Positions 1 to 13,572 of a stretch of DNA of 64,000 nt are shown piece after piece. Position numbers and translations under genes: made by a program. Below the pieces are notes generated by a model. It worked only from the letters and a program-made list of their open reading frames with translations, was not told the DNA's origin and did no database searches. Position 1 is the first letter of the stretch. Each line of letters opens with the position of its first letter. Location: positions 1,666,916-1,730,915 of the forward strand of contig CAJFCJ010000020.1 of assembly GCA_904063045.1 (NCBI GenBank). Direction: 5' to 3'. The stretch is from Dimorphilus gyrociliatus (Eukaryota; Animalia; Annelida).

Positions 1-1821
1 GAAGCTCTTGAATCAGACTTCGTCTCGGCTAACATACATCACTGGATAGACTTGATCTTTGGTTATAAACAACAAGGAGATGAAGCAGTTGAAGCAATGA
101 ATGTATTTCATCATCTTTTTTATGAAGGCGCTGTTGATATTGATACGATTGATGACCCTATGGAAAGAAACGCAGTTACGTCATTTATAAACAATTTCGG
201 GCAGATACCATCCCAACTGTTTAAACGGCCCCATCCTCAAAAGAAGTTTGCAGCTCCTCCCCGACCTCTATCAGAAGTTATTCCAGGAGCATCTTACCTA
301 ACTACGGCATCAGTTACCTTTACTGCAGGCCATTTGTACTATCATCATTTAGATAGTCTATTACCAAGTAATTATCCTGTTAAACAAGTAAAGACAGGAG
401 TGGGCCAAATCGTAGCTCTTGACAAAGGTCATGTTTTGGCTGTCGAACAGAATAAAATACTAATACCGCCAACTTTTACAAGATACGTTGCCTGGGGATT
501 TTCAGATAGATCTATTCGACTTGCGAATTATGATAGTGAGAGACCTATTGCTATTTGGGAAGATGTTGAAACGGGCGGTGGAGAAGTCCTTTGTGCGGCT
601 GCTCCAAACAACAAAACTCTCGTTACGGGTGGAACCAGTTGTGTCGTTTGCGTTTGGCATATGACAACTGGGAAGGACGCTCAATTAGCTCTAAAGAAGG
701 CTCTGTACGGTCATACAGAACCTATAACTTGTATTACGGCTTCGTCGTCGCATAATATAATAGCTAGTGGATCAAGAGACAGATCCGTTATGCTGTGGGA
801 TTTGAATAGATTAATATTTGTAAGACAATTGCGCAACCATGCTGCTCCAGTAGCGTCAGTTTGTATTAACGAGGCAACTGGAGATATAGCCACTTGCGCA
901 GGCACATATTTGTATTTGTGGTCAGTTAATGGTCAAATTTTAGCTTCCGTAAATACTGCTACAGGAAGAGGACAGCAAATATTATGCGTCGCGATTTCCA
1001 CTGCTAGAGAATGGGATACGAACAATGTAATTATGACAGGGAACAATGACGGTGTCGTTCGAATGTGGGCTCTAGAATATGCACAATTTCCGGACGATAG
1101 CCAATCCTCAAGTACAACTAATGCAACATCGAGTGTTCCTAAATACGAAAGTGGTGGTTTGCCTATGTCTGTCGATTCAGAACTATTAGACGCAGCCATA
1201 CCAATTAAATCACCTACTAACTCATTGACAGCGCATAGCTCTGAAGAGGACGATGGAGAGGAAGTTGAAGAATTGGCTGAAGAAGCCACTGAAGCGACAG
1301 ATAGTGGTAATATATCACCGGCAACTGCCGGGGATTTTGTTATTGTTGGTTCTAAACGACCGAAAGGCGAACTTAAGACTGGATTTAAATGGCAAAGGCA
1401 GTTAATATTCAAATCTAAATTGACAATGCATACAGCTTACGAAAGAAAAGATAATCAGCAACCAGCTGCAGTAACAGCTATTGCTGTTTCACGTGACCAC
1501 CGAACAATTTACGTGGGGGATTTAAGAGGCAGAGTTCACAGTTGGACTGTACCAAATGAAATAGGAAAAGGACCATCGGATCATTGGATTAAAGACGATC
1601 AAGCAGAAGCTTGCACTCAATGCAACGTAAAGTTTACGCTCTATGAAAGGCGACATCATTGCAGGAGTTGCGGTGCTATTTTTTGCGAAAACTGCAGCAA
1701 ACGTCGGATAGAGATACCAAAATTAAAAATATATAAACGAGTTCGAGTTTGTACCAAGTGTCACGATATGATCGTTAAGGAGAACGAACAGGAAACGGAT
1801 ACGCTTATGTACAATTCGTAG
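1..1821 (+). CDS. WDFY3: WDFY3/ALFY/blue cheese, 3' part (end of BEACH, WD40 repeats, C-terminal FYVE); 5' end lies outside the window
   Basis: Frame 1 is open from base 1 (EALESDFVSANIHHWIDLIFGYKQQG...FGQIPSQLFKRPHP, BEACH C-terminus). WD40 repeats follow (LYGHTEPITC...ASGSRDRSVMLWD), then a FYVE finger (WIKDD...CTQC...RRHHCRSCG...CENC...RVCTKC). BEACH-WD40-FYVE order is diagnostic. Confidence 0.95.
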   Translation, partial: EALESDFVSANIHHWIDLIFGYKQQGDEAVEAMNVFHHLFYEGAVDIDTIDDPMERNAVTSFINNFGQIPSQLFKRPHPQKKFAAPPRPLSEVIPGASYLTTASVTFTAGHLYYHHLDSLLPSNYPVKQVKTGVGQIVALDKGHVLAVEQNKILIPPTFTRYVAWGFSDRSIRLANYDSERPIAIWEDVETGGGEVLCAAAPNNKTLVTGGTSCVVCVWHMTTGKDAQLALKKALYGHTEPITCITASSSHNIIASGSRDRSVMLWDLNRLIFVRQLRNHAAPVASVCINEATGDIATCAGTYLYLWSVNGQILASVNTATGRGQQILCVAISTAREWDTNNVIMTGNNDGVVRMWALEYAQFPDDSQSSSTTNATSSVPKYESGGLPMSVDSELLDAAIPIKSPTNSLTAHSSEEDDGEEVEELAEEATEATDSGNISPATAGDFVIVGSKRPKGELKTGFKWQRQLIFKSKLTMHTAYERKDNQQPAAVTAIAVSRDHRTIYVGDLRGRVHSWTVPNEIGKGPSDHWIKDDQAEACTQCNVKFTLYERRHHCRSCGAIFCENCSKRRIEIPKLKIYKRVRVCTKCHDMIVKENEQETDTLMYNS

Positions 1822-3301
1822 TACTCTTTAAAATTATATATTTCAGTGTTAGTCTAGTCATGCTCGTTCGTGATTTTAACCATTGATTATCAGCTATAGT
1901 TCAGTTGCATCTGTTAAGTCCCTTTGCACAAAAACAAAACTTTTAATTTAATAATTGTTTATTCCTTTTCTTTATTTAATTTTTATAGAATCGTTTTATT
2001 TTAAATATCCAATGAAAATTTATATATGTATATATATACAGTATAAATTTATATATATATATGTAATTAATAGATTTATTCAATGAATAGTTAAAATATC
2101 GTTGTCAAAAATTATTCTATTAAACGGTGTAATAAGAGCACCGCAATTAAAAGTATTATAAATTGTATTGCCTTTAATTATCTTGCTTTGAAGAGAAATT
2201 TCCTGTTATTACATTCTTACAGGAGATTAATTTAGGGGATTAATTCATATTTCTTGGAATTTCTTAATTATATTACAATTTTATTTTATGTCGAATATAC
2301 TAACAATGGTAAATCATTTATATACAATATATTATACATATTAGTATATAGACAGTAGTATATCTACAAGACAATTGGCGCCACCAAATAATTACTCGTA
2401 ACTCCATTTAAAAAGAGGGAAGTCTTTTTGCTAAAGAGAAGAATTATGATTGAATTAGTATTATTATTATTCCCCCCCCCCGTTTTCTTTTTATTATATT
2501 TTTCTATAAACAAAAAATTTGTTATTCAATCTATCAAATTACTATTCGTCTCATACTTTAAATATAGCACGTAATTACGTGTCATTAGTGACTTCTTTGA
2601 ATAGATAATTTTATCTTTAAGCCTTACATCCAATCTCTACTAATAGAAAATGATGAATAAGGATATTCTATCCTTTCACCAATTGTCTATATAAACTATT
2701 CAAAACTACTTTCAACTATAAATAGCTATATAAATTCATGATTCACATACACTGTATATAAATTAGCATTGTGTGGTGTTAAGTAAATATTTAAGCTTAG
2801 GTTTATTACCTATTCCAGAAATTTTTTATTACAAACATCTTATTAATAATGATTTTTTTATTACCTTGAAAGAAAGAAAAGAAAGAGCAAGAGAGAGACA
2901 GAGACAGAGAGATATTCTATCTTCTATTCCTTCTACTCTTGAGAGTAACTTATAAAAAAGATAAATTTTATGTACAAATAATACATACTCTTCAATAATT
3001 ACAAATAACAATGTATAAATTGTATTGTTTTTAATAGTGATAAAGTAGTTTATAGCTACAATAATACAAATTAGGAATGCCAATACTGATTAGCATAAGA
3101 GAAGATCTTAAAAAAGGAAGAAAACAGAAAACTCTCAATACACAATTCTTAATAATTATCCCTTTTTTAGATAAGATCTTTTTCTTCTTTTTCTCTTCCT
3201 TTTTATTTTCTTGATATCATTTTTTTAATACTGAAATTTAAAAAAAAAAACAAACATTGCATTTTTTGATTTGTTTTTAGCTATTTCATTTAGGTAAATG
3301 C

Positions 3302-5450
<2,149 letters not shown>

Positions 5451-6498
5451 TTAACACTTAGCGCACGCAAGCAAACTAAATAATTTAATAGTAGAATAAT
5501 TGAGCTAAATTCCTGTTATACTTCTGATCGTATTCAGAAAAATTAACTCTTTTAGCCGAAAATTCAACCTATTCTGCTATAGAATGATTTGTATCAGATT
5601 ACGAAATCGATAGGGAAAATCTTGTTCTACATAAGTGTAGGAAGAACATTGTCAATTAAACAACTCGAACTAACCTGCCGATCATTGATCAGATTATTGC
5701 TTTAATCCTAATCAACATATACAGTCATTTGCAACAAAAGCCAATAGAATTGTTGATTCAATCAACGGTCATTCACACAAAAATATATAGCTTGCTGTAC
5801 GAAGTTTAAACTGAACTTTCCTATGTCTAAACACATTTATATAGAATATTATTCGTAACCATATACAATAAATGCTTCAGATTGGGAATAAACATACAAT
5901 ATATTATAAAAAAATGAAAGTACTTTTACTTAATACGCAGCGCAATTGAAAAATAATACCAACATTATTCCATCAATGACAAGGCGTTCAACAATTTGTG
6001 TATTCTAGATGATAGTTGTACACATCAGCCAAATAAACAAACAAACTTGCAAATCATACTAAAGCGACCGTCAATCAATCTATGCACTTGTGTCAACATG
6101 AAATAAGGCGCGAAACCGGATGTAATGATTGCGTCATGACAACACAGCAGCCGCGTTGTAACTGCTAAAAGTGAATTAATTTTTTTCTACATTATTATAA
6201 TTTTATTTTATAAGAAAAAAACAGTTATTTTTACTAACCTAAATAAAGGTACTTGGGAATAGTTTTTTAGCATCTTTAGATATTAGCTCCGCAGAAACGA
6301 CAAATTCTATGAATAGATTTTTTCATCTGGCCCCATCAGGAGGAAATATTTCATTTTCAAAAAAATTTTTTGTATCAATTTATTTTGTTGAAGTTTTTAA
6401 AAAAATTTCATTTTGAAAATTTCAAAAGAGCCGACTTTCAAGAAAATTTTCATTCGTCTTCGAGAAAAAAAGAGATATACGAAGATACCAAACGAAAA

Positions 6499-7533
6499 AT
6501 GGCAGGACAGAGAGGTGGTGTTACTAGGATTCTCAAAAAACTTGAAAGAAACATAGAGAATGGCAATTATTACGAAGCACATCAAATGTATAAAACACTG
6601 TCGTTCAGGTATTTGCCTTCAAATCTAATTTTTACCGTGTTTAATAAAGTATTATTTTCAGATACATTTCTCAAGAACGAGCCAGCGATGCAATCGAACT
6701 CCTATATAACGGTGCTAGCTTACTTCTCTCTAAAGACCAACAAGAGAGTGGTCTCGACCTCTCTTTATTATTAGTCAATACTTTGACGAATGAAAAAATC
6801 GCATTGGAGAACTGTATTATAGGTGTCTATTATTTGACTAATTTTTTACTCATATTAACTTTCTTTTATTGCATCCTCAGAAAAATTAGGAAACCTTCAC
6901 GACAAAATGAGCAAAGAAAATGTAGAACGCTTAAATTTTATGCAATTAGCACTCATTTGGACTACAGGTGGGAAAACGGATCAAAGAGGTGATCCTAGAC
7001 TACATAGATTGTTTGCAATGACATTGTGGCGAAAGGCGATTTATGATGAAGCACACCACCACTTCATACATGCAAGTGATTCAGGAAGGGATTGTGCGCA
7101 TATGTTAATTGAATTTCACTTAAAAAAAGGATATCGCTCTGAATGTGATCTATTCATTGCAAATGCTGTCCTTCAGTATCTATGCCTTAAAAATGAGACT
7201 TCAGCCATGGAAGTCTTGAAAACTTATACAACTAATCATCCATCAGTGGAAAAAGGCCCTCCATTTGTACGACCTCTCTTGAATTTTTGTTGGCTTCTAC
7301 TTTTGGCAGTTGAAAATCAGAAATTTTTAGCATTTTCAGTCTTGTTAAAAAAGTATGAACCATCAATAGTGCGTGATGCTTCTTATAAATGCTACCTAGA
7401 TAAAATTGGACAGAACTACTTTAATTTACCACCTCCGCAAAGAGTACCAGAAAACTCATTTATAGATTCTATTATGAGAATGTTCACTACTGAAGACGAT
7501 TTGTCTACACTAACGCACGACGACATAGAATAG
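6499..7533 (+). CDS. GET4: Golgi-to-ER traffic protein 4 (GET4/TRC35); 3 exons, about 6499-6608, 6662-6821 and 6881-7533
   Basis: N-terminal [32 protein letters not shown] and internal GDPRLH...[42 protein letters not shown] are typical GET4 motifs. Confidence 0.93.
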
Positions 7534-7601
7534 CGTTCAAAACGTTTTTGTCTTCGCTTTTCGAATTACATTTTTTATAAATGCAATTAAAATATCAATT
7601 C

Positions 7602-8264
7602 TCAATGGTCAATCGTTGATTTGCTGCAAATTTCTTCTTTAAAATTGCCTTTCTCCTCATTTCGAAAAAAAGATCCTGTTTTAAATAAGTTTTAAATAAA
7701 TTTAAATCACACAAGTTATGAACACTAACGTCTTTGCCTTTCAGTTAAGTTGCGCAATTCTTGGTGTAATTCACTTTCTTGTCTTGAAGCCTCTTGTGAC
7801 GATTCTTCTGGTCTAAGAGAATGAAAGACAAGAAATAATAAAAATTGATAAATCTAAATAAATATCCGTTCACTAACAATGATAAATCTTCCTTATTTTT
7901 GCCGCATTTTCCGCATTCCTCTCTTTCTTTAATACATTTGTCGCAGGAAATGAAATAAGCTCTTTTAACAGTCTTCTCATTACATCTCACGCTGAAAATG
8001 GCATCGAAGAAGAATCTTAGAATAAAACCATGTCGTAGCATTTTAAGCTTACCATTTCTTAGGTTGAGTGAGAGGTTTATACTTTTTATATTTAATTCTC
8101 CATTCTAATATTTCTTGGCATTTTTTACAGCATCCTGATATAGACATCGAATTTAACTCTTTTGTCTTTTTGGAAGTGTCATGCATAGAGTTTTTAAATG
8201 CCGTCTTATTCTGATGTTTTGGAGGTCCTGATTTCTTTAAATTTCCCTTTTGGGAGCTCATCAT
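7602..8264 (-). CDS. C9orf85: C9orf85 homolog (DUF2039 family), 4 exons
   Basis: MSSQKGN...PKHQNKTAFKN...CCKKCQEILEWRIKYKKYKPLTQPKKC|VRCNEKTVKRAYFISCDKC...CGKC; last exons give LTERQRRSFFR...TGA at 7604-7602. Confidence 0.88.
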
Positions 8265-8551
8265 GTACTATAAATATAACTTCAATAAACAACAACGCGC
8301 TTCACATGTGTGTTTTCATGTTGCAGACCCGCACTTAATTTTTTTATATATTTTTTCAACTAAATATTTTTTACGACAACTTAAACAACTACCCTCTTTA
8401 TACATATACATAAAAATATTACGGTAAAATATAGGAAAAAATGATATATTTTATTTCTATTTCCGGTGTGAAAAACATAACGAATTGCGCGTTTATATGA
8501 AAGAAGCACAAATTCAAAAATTCCAGAAACCCCTCGCACCTTCGTAAGACT

Positions 8552-10246
8552 ATGGCTAGAGTTAATCTATCGATAAAGAATAAAAATCAATCGAACTCGA
8601 ACTACTTTCAAAAATCTTTTCTGAAAGAGTGTTCATCAATCCACGGTTACCCTTGTTACGAAATTCGAGGAAAACAATTTCTTTTTGACACAGCTTGCGA
8701 AAAGTGTTCTAGGGAGGAATTTAATAAAGTAACGGAAATATTGGACATTAGGCACAAGTGTAAGAATGATGTACTCGTTGCGAACAAATTAAAGGGGAAA
8801 GAGAGGCGTTATTTAAATAAAATTAGAAACATTCCAAACGAAGTAACGAAAATTCAAGTTTGTCCATGGTCATTGAAGAATGAACCGTGTCCAATAATCA
8901 GGAGTGAGTGTGCTTTTACACATGCAGAAATAGAACACATTCTTTGGAAAGAAGAAATTGAGGGTAGAATGAAAATAAATGATTTCACAAACTTCATCGC
9001 ATATAAGACTGGTAGGATATTAAACTAGTAAATAATATAGGATTGATCTAATTTTCTTGTAATAAATACATGTTATAATATTATATAGGAAAGAAGGTTA
9101 ACAACGATCGAATAACTACTAATTCCAAAGGTTTATATTTAGAAATAAATAGAATACTAAATAAACATAAAAGATCGTTTAAACTTTTAAAATAGCTAAA
9201 TCTCTTTTATCGAACAATCGAAGAATTATTATTGATAATATGTCTTATATTTTGGATATTGGCTGTACTAAATGTGTACAAAAGAATACACATTGGAATA
9301 AAATAAAAATATCGAAATTACCTTTAGATCTTTGCTGTGAAAGAAATATTTTCTTCTTGCGTAATGAAGAAACAAATATTCTTGAGAACATTCGAATAGA
9401 AATACCACTCAAGAAGAGATTATTGAAATTATGTACAAATAGGACGAATAATTTAGAGTGTAATAGTCAATGTTTATTCGCTCATTCAAAAATTGAATTA
9501 GCAATCTGGGAAGAAGAAAGAAGGGGGAAAAATTTGATTATAAACTTCACATCGACTTTGAAAAGTAATTAATAGTGTGTGAAAGAGAAGAAGAAGAAAA
9601 TTCCTGTTTTATTACTTCTATATTATATTTTTTTCATACAGTAAAGAGTAATAAATCATCGGTTACTCTGGACAAGACATTCGCAGCTATTACCAGAGTT
9701 AATAATGAAAAAAACCAAAAATTTATAAACAGAAAAGAAAAAGATAAAGAAGATACACAAGTTAATACATTTGGCTTATTAATTCCATTGAATTGTTCTG
9801 ATTCACGAGAACCCCATCTTTCCTACTTAAACAGTTTAAAACTAGGTGAAAATATCTTTATTTGGTCTGTAGCCTGCGATAAGTGCTGGAGCGGTATTTA
9901 TAAATCTATAAAAGTTGATCATTTTTGCAAAAGAAATTGTCTTTTGGTAAAAAATTCACAAACAACGAAAGCAAGGTAAAGTAGATAAGATATTGAAAAA
10001 TTTCTTTTAAGACATAAGAGAATGAGCGAAAATATTCTATTACTATCTGTCTCCAGCTGGTGTCTTGTAAGGGAGAGACCTTCCGTTGTTGAAAGAAACT
10101 TGCCGACAAATATGTTATGTAAGCTTAACATCTTTAACGCCTGTGATAAGGGCGACAAATGTCAATATGCTCATGGTGACGTTGAAAGATTGTTTTGGGA
10201 GAAGGATATTTCAAGAGATATAAGTATTGAAGAATTTTTACGCTGA
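8552..10246 (+). CDS. Protein with three ZC3H7/HELZ2-type CxxC...CCCH zinc-finger modules; probably 5 exons, about 465 aa
   Basis: Three repeats of C-x2-C...(W)..(I/V)R..P...C-x7/8-C-x3/6-C-x-(F/Y)(A/T)H...E...W, in ORFs 8552-9028, 9240-9572 and 9575-10246. Joined by plausible GT-AG introns (about 9013-9088, 9130-9196, 9566-9640, 9976-10056). Confidence 0.7.
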
Positions 10247-10299
10247 AGCCGACAGATGGCATAGACATAGCCCATTTAAAAAGAATATTGGAAGAGGGG

Positions 10300-13200
10300 A
10301 TTCTACTCAATGCCTCCTCTTGTGAACGCTTATGTCTTCATTATGAATATTCATATAAAATATACAGACCTCTGTATCTAAATATATTTTTATATACGTA
10401 CATTTAGATAAGCAAATGTGTATGCATATATATTTACGTATATGGTTATGTAAATATCCATAAGCAACGTTGAGAGTTGAAAGAGTCGTGATAGATGCCG
10501 TCTAACACTTATCGCGCTCCATTTCACCTTTTCATACCTTGTTCCTGCGCCTCTAATGCAGTCGATATGATGCTTATTTGTACTTTATACGCGTTTAATG
10601 CATCATTTTGTATTATTTACGCGATTACTATAACGTCAAATTTGTGGTGATTTATCGCTATCTCATAAAGGAAATTTGATAGGAGGTTCGCAGGTGGGAA
10701 ATGAAACGCTGCAAAGCGTCCATTGCTTAAAACAAACGGTCAAAGCTTTGTTCTTATCGACCCGTTCATCTCTGCGTGAAAAAAAGCGTCAAACCATCAA
10801 ATCTTTTTATTTATATTTTTATTTATAAGCATAGTTTATATACATATACATACGCTTTGCAGTAGCATGACCGTCCCCCGCGGGCGTTACTATTGTGACG
10901 GGCCGTGAATGTTGTATGAATGTCTTTGTGAGTACGACGCGTATTTAACGTTCTTTTGTTTAATTGCTAATAGCGTAAATCAAATGGTAGTTCATCTAAT
11001 CCCTTTGTTATGTAATGAAACTTTTTCATTTTATGCCGTTAAATCGATTCGGACGTTTACGGCGTGCATGTCGTTCTATACAAAAGCAATTACTAACATT
11101 TTACTTTAATGAGAATAATATAGACAGAAGTCATGCGTGAAAACGGTGAAATTCTCGCATAAAGTTTACTTACTTATTCGAATCACGTTCGTGTCCACTT
11201 ATTTTGTATATACACAGACATTCTGTTCGAATTATAGAATATATCGTTTATTTTCCATACCGTCTTGTTATAAATATATACATATCCGACGTCGGTGCTA
11301 CATCTAAAAAGATAATGATAGAATGCCATAATACTGATTCTGCGGACGACCTGCAAGGAGAGTAGGCGGTGGGGCTAGTTTAGCCAAAAGATCGATATCG
11401 AAGATGCCTCTTTTTTTTTTCAAGATAAAAAAGAGCACTATTTGTGTTATCTTTTACAAGAATAAGAAATGTTCCTATTATTTATATAATAAATAAATAA
11501 ATAAACAGAAGAGCAGCAAAGAGAATCTTATAATTAAAAATGTACTGATTTTTCATTTATTCGTATATTTTTTAAATAAAGATTAACGATCTGTTTTTAT
11601 GCGGCTTATGTATTTATAATTAGACGCCTAATTAAGCAGATTATAATTTATAAAGAGTAGAAAAAATTTAACAATTGTAAGGTTATATACTTAAAGAGTT
11701 CAGTGACAGCGGGAGAGAAAGTGACGCCGAGAGACGCACGCTTTCTTCCAATCACCGTCAGAACACGGCTTGAATATTTTATGAGGAACACAGCCCTGAT
11801 TTGCGGCGAATGCTTTAAGTTGAGTCGACGCGTGTATGCACGCTTTCTAAGGCAGTTTATTTATTATTAACATATTACATTTTTTGTTAATATAGTATAC
11901 TATATTTGTATACAGTATAAGTGGAAAATCGACGCGCATCAAGATAAAAGCAACACGTGCAGTCGAACGAGAACGTGGCGTGCAAACATGGAAAACGGAA
12001 GTAGGCAAACTATAGAATGTTTGATTGTACGAACGATTTAGTGATGCAGATCATGATGATAGCCACACGCACCTGCGAAGCTAATTTAGCATTAAGTGAG
12101 CTTTATAAATTGAGTTTGCTTCGCGGTAACTGAGAGAAAATTTCAACCGACAACGAACGCATTACGATGTACAATAGGTAATGACAATGCAGATATTTGC
12201 CGTCACTTGCCATCAGTGGAACGGAAGCGACCGACGTCCGGGCGTCATTAGGCGTTACATTCGTGCATTAGGCCTACATTAGCTATCGCCGACGCCATCG
12301 TGTTATTTTCATTTAAGTTGATTGATCGAGCTGAGGCTATTTTGTAGCGAGAGATTACGTTCTAATTGTGCATAGGCATGTATTCTAATCAGCGTTGACA
12401 GTTTGCTTGCTTTCCTCATTCGAAGAGACGCCTTTATCTTGATAAGCACGACGTTGATGGACATTCGGAGCCCTGTTTCCGGTCATACGTCGCTAAGCGT
12501 CTAGGCGACCACCGTTAAATTTTTAATTAAAAGGCGTCTTTTACTCTTCGTCTGAAGCAGTCTGCTGACGTCAGGGAGTGTTTATTCTTTCAATCTCTGT
12601 ATTTTCACTTATAGTCACCATCTGAAGCTTTCGAATGGTTTACCCCTTAAAAGATAATGATATTGTCTGTGAGTGATACAAGTGTGCTTTGGTTATGAGA
12701 CATGTATGATAATCACGCTTACTCTATTGAACACCCTATAATTACACATGTTTAATTATATGTATATAGATAATATAAAAACGCCCGTGTGTAAATATAC
12801 ACGCGTATAAAATAGCGATTAAGGCGTTCACGAGAGCGTCCATCGTGAGTCAGGCTGGCGTTTAATGGCGTCTGCTTGATTGTATCATTTCAATAAAAGT
12901 CGCCGTCACGCGGTGCGGAGTTGCGTATATATGCATACGATACCGAAATTTAGTTTTTTGACTGATTGTCTTCGGGTGCAAGGGTCAATAACTTTGTTTT
13001 TAAATATAAGAGCAAATGTATAAGTGTCTTATGCATGCTAATTACTTGATGTAGAAAGACAAGAAGAATTTTATTATCTCCTTTTTATTGGACGAAATGA
13101 AATGAAGCAAAAAGTAGCGTATGGTGGGAATAAATGGCCTTGAATCGAAGCAATATAAGCCACTCTACGCCGATTATGCCTAGATGAGACGTTTCATTAC

Positions 13201-13572
13201 GGATATATTTAGACAATTTAGACTCATTTTGTTAAAGTACTCGCTCCCTAATAAAACATAATCAAACCATTCTTATGCGCGCAGTATGAGTCGACAGCTT
13301 CGTATTCTGACGCTTATGCGCTTTGACAGCGTCTTTTTAACGCCAGAAGACGTCACTTAAAAGAATAAGGGAGGTGAGCGAAATCAAATAAAGTTTCGCC
13401 TTGAATTATCGAGTCGGCGAGATAACTATTTAATATTCATAAGATACAGCTAAACGCTGATTGGTGTGACGCTTAGGCACCGCAGCCAATCATCGCTCAC
13501 TGCCCTTCATCAACCGGAGCCGTATATTTGGCTGATCAGGACTGCCGTGTACAATTGTGAATGTAAGTTGTC
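10300..13572. promoter_or_regulatory. Extended non-coding upstream regulatory region of otp
   Basis: About 3.3 kb with no credible spliced CDS. Locally CpG-rich patches, clustered TAAT/ATTA homeodomain motifs (three CATTAG at about 12245-12282) and two CCAAT boxes at about 13459-13492. Confidence 0.5.

Noticed and set aside
502-1412. Minus-strand ORFs 502-684, 711-905 and 933-1412
   Set aside because: Antisense shadows of the WDFY3 CDS with no independent motifs. The same applies to antisense ORFs over the transportin-like, LRR, PTCHD, CHAF1A, SGF11-like and CAP genes.
2773-3083. Short ORFs on both strands between WDFY3 and CDKL
   Set aside because: AT-rich, GA low-complexity UTR sequence; non-ATG starts and no splice or homology support.
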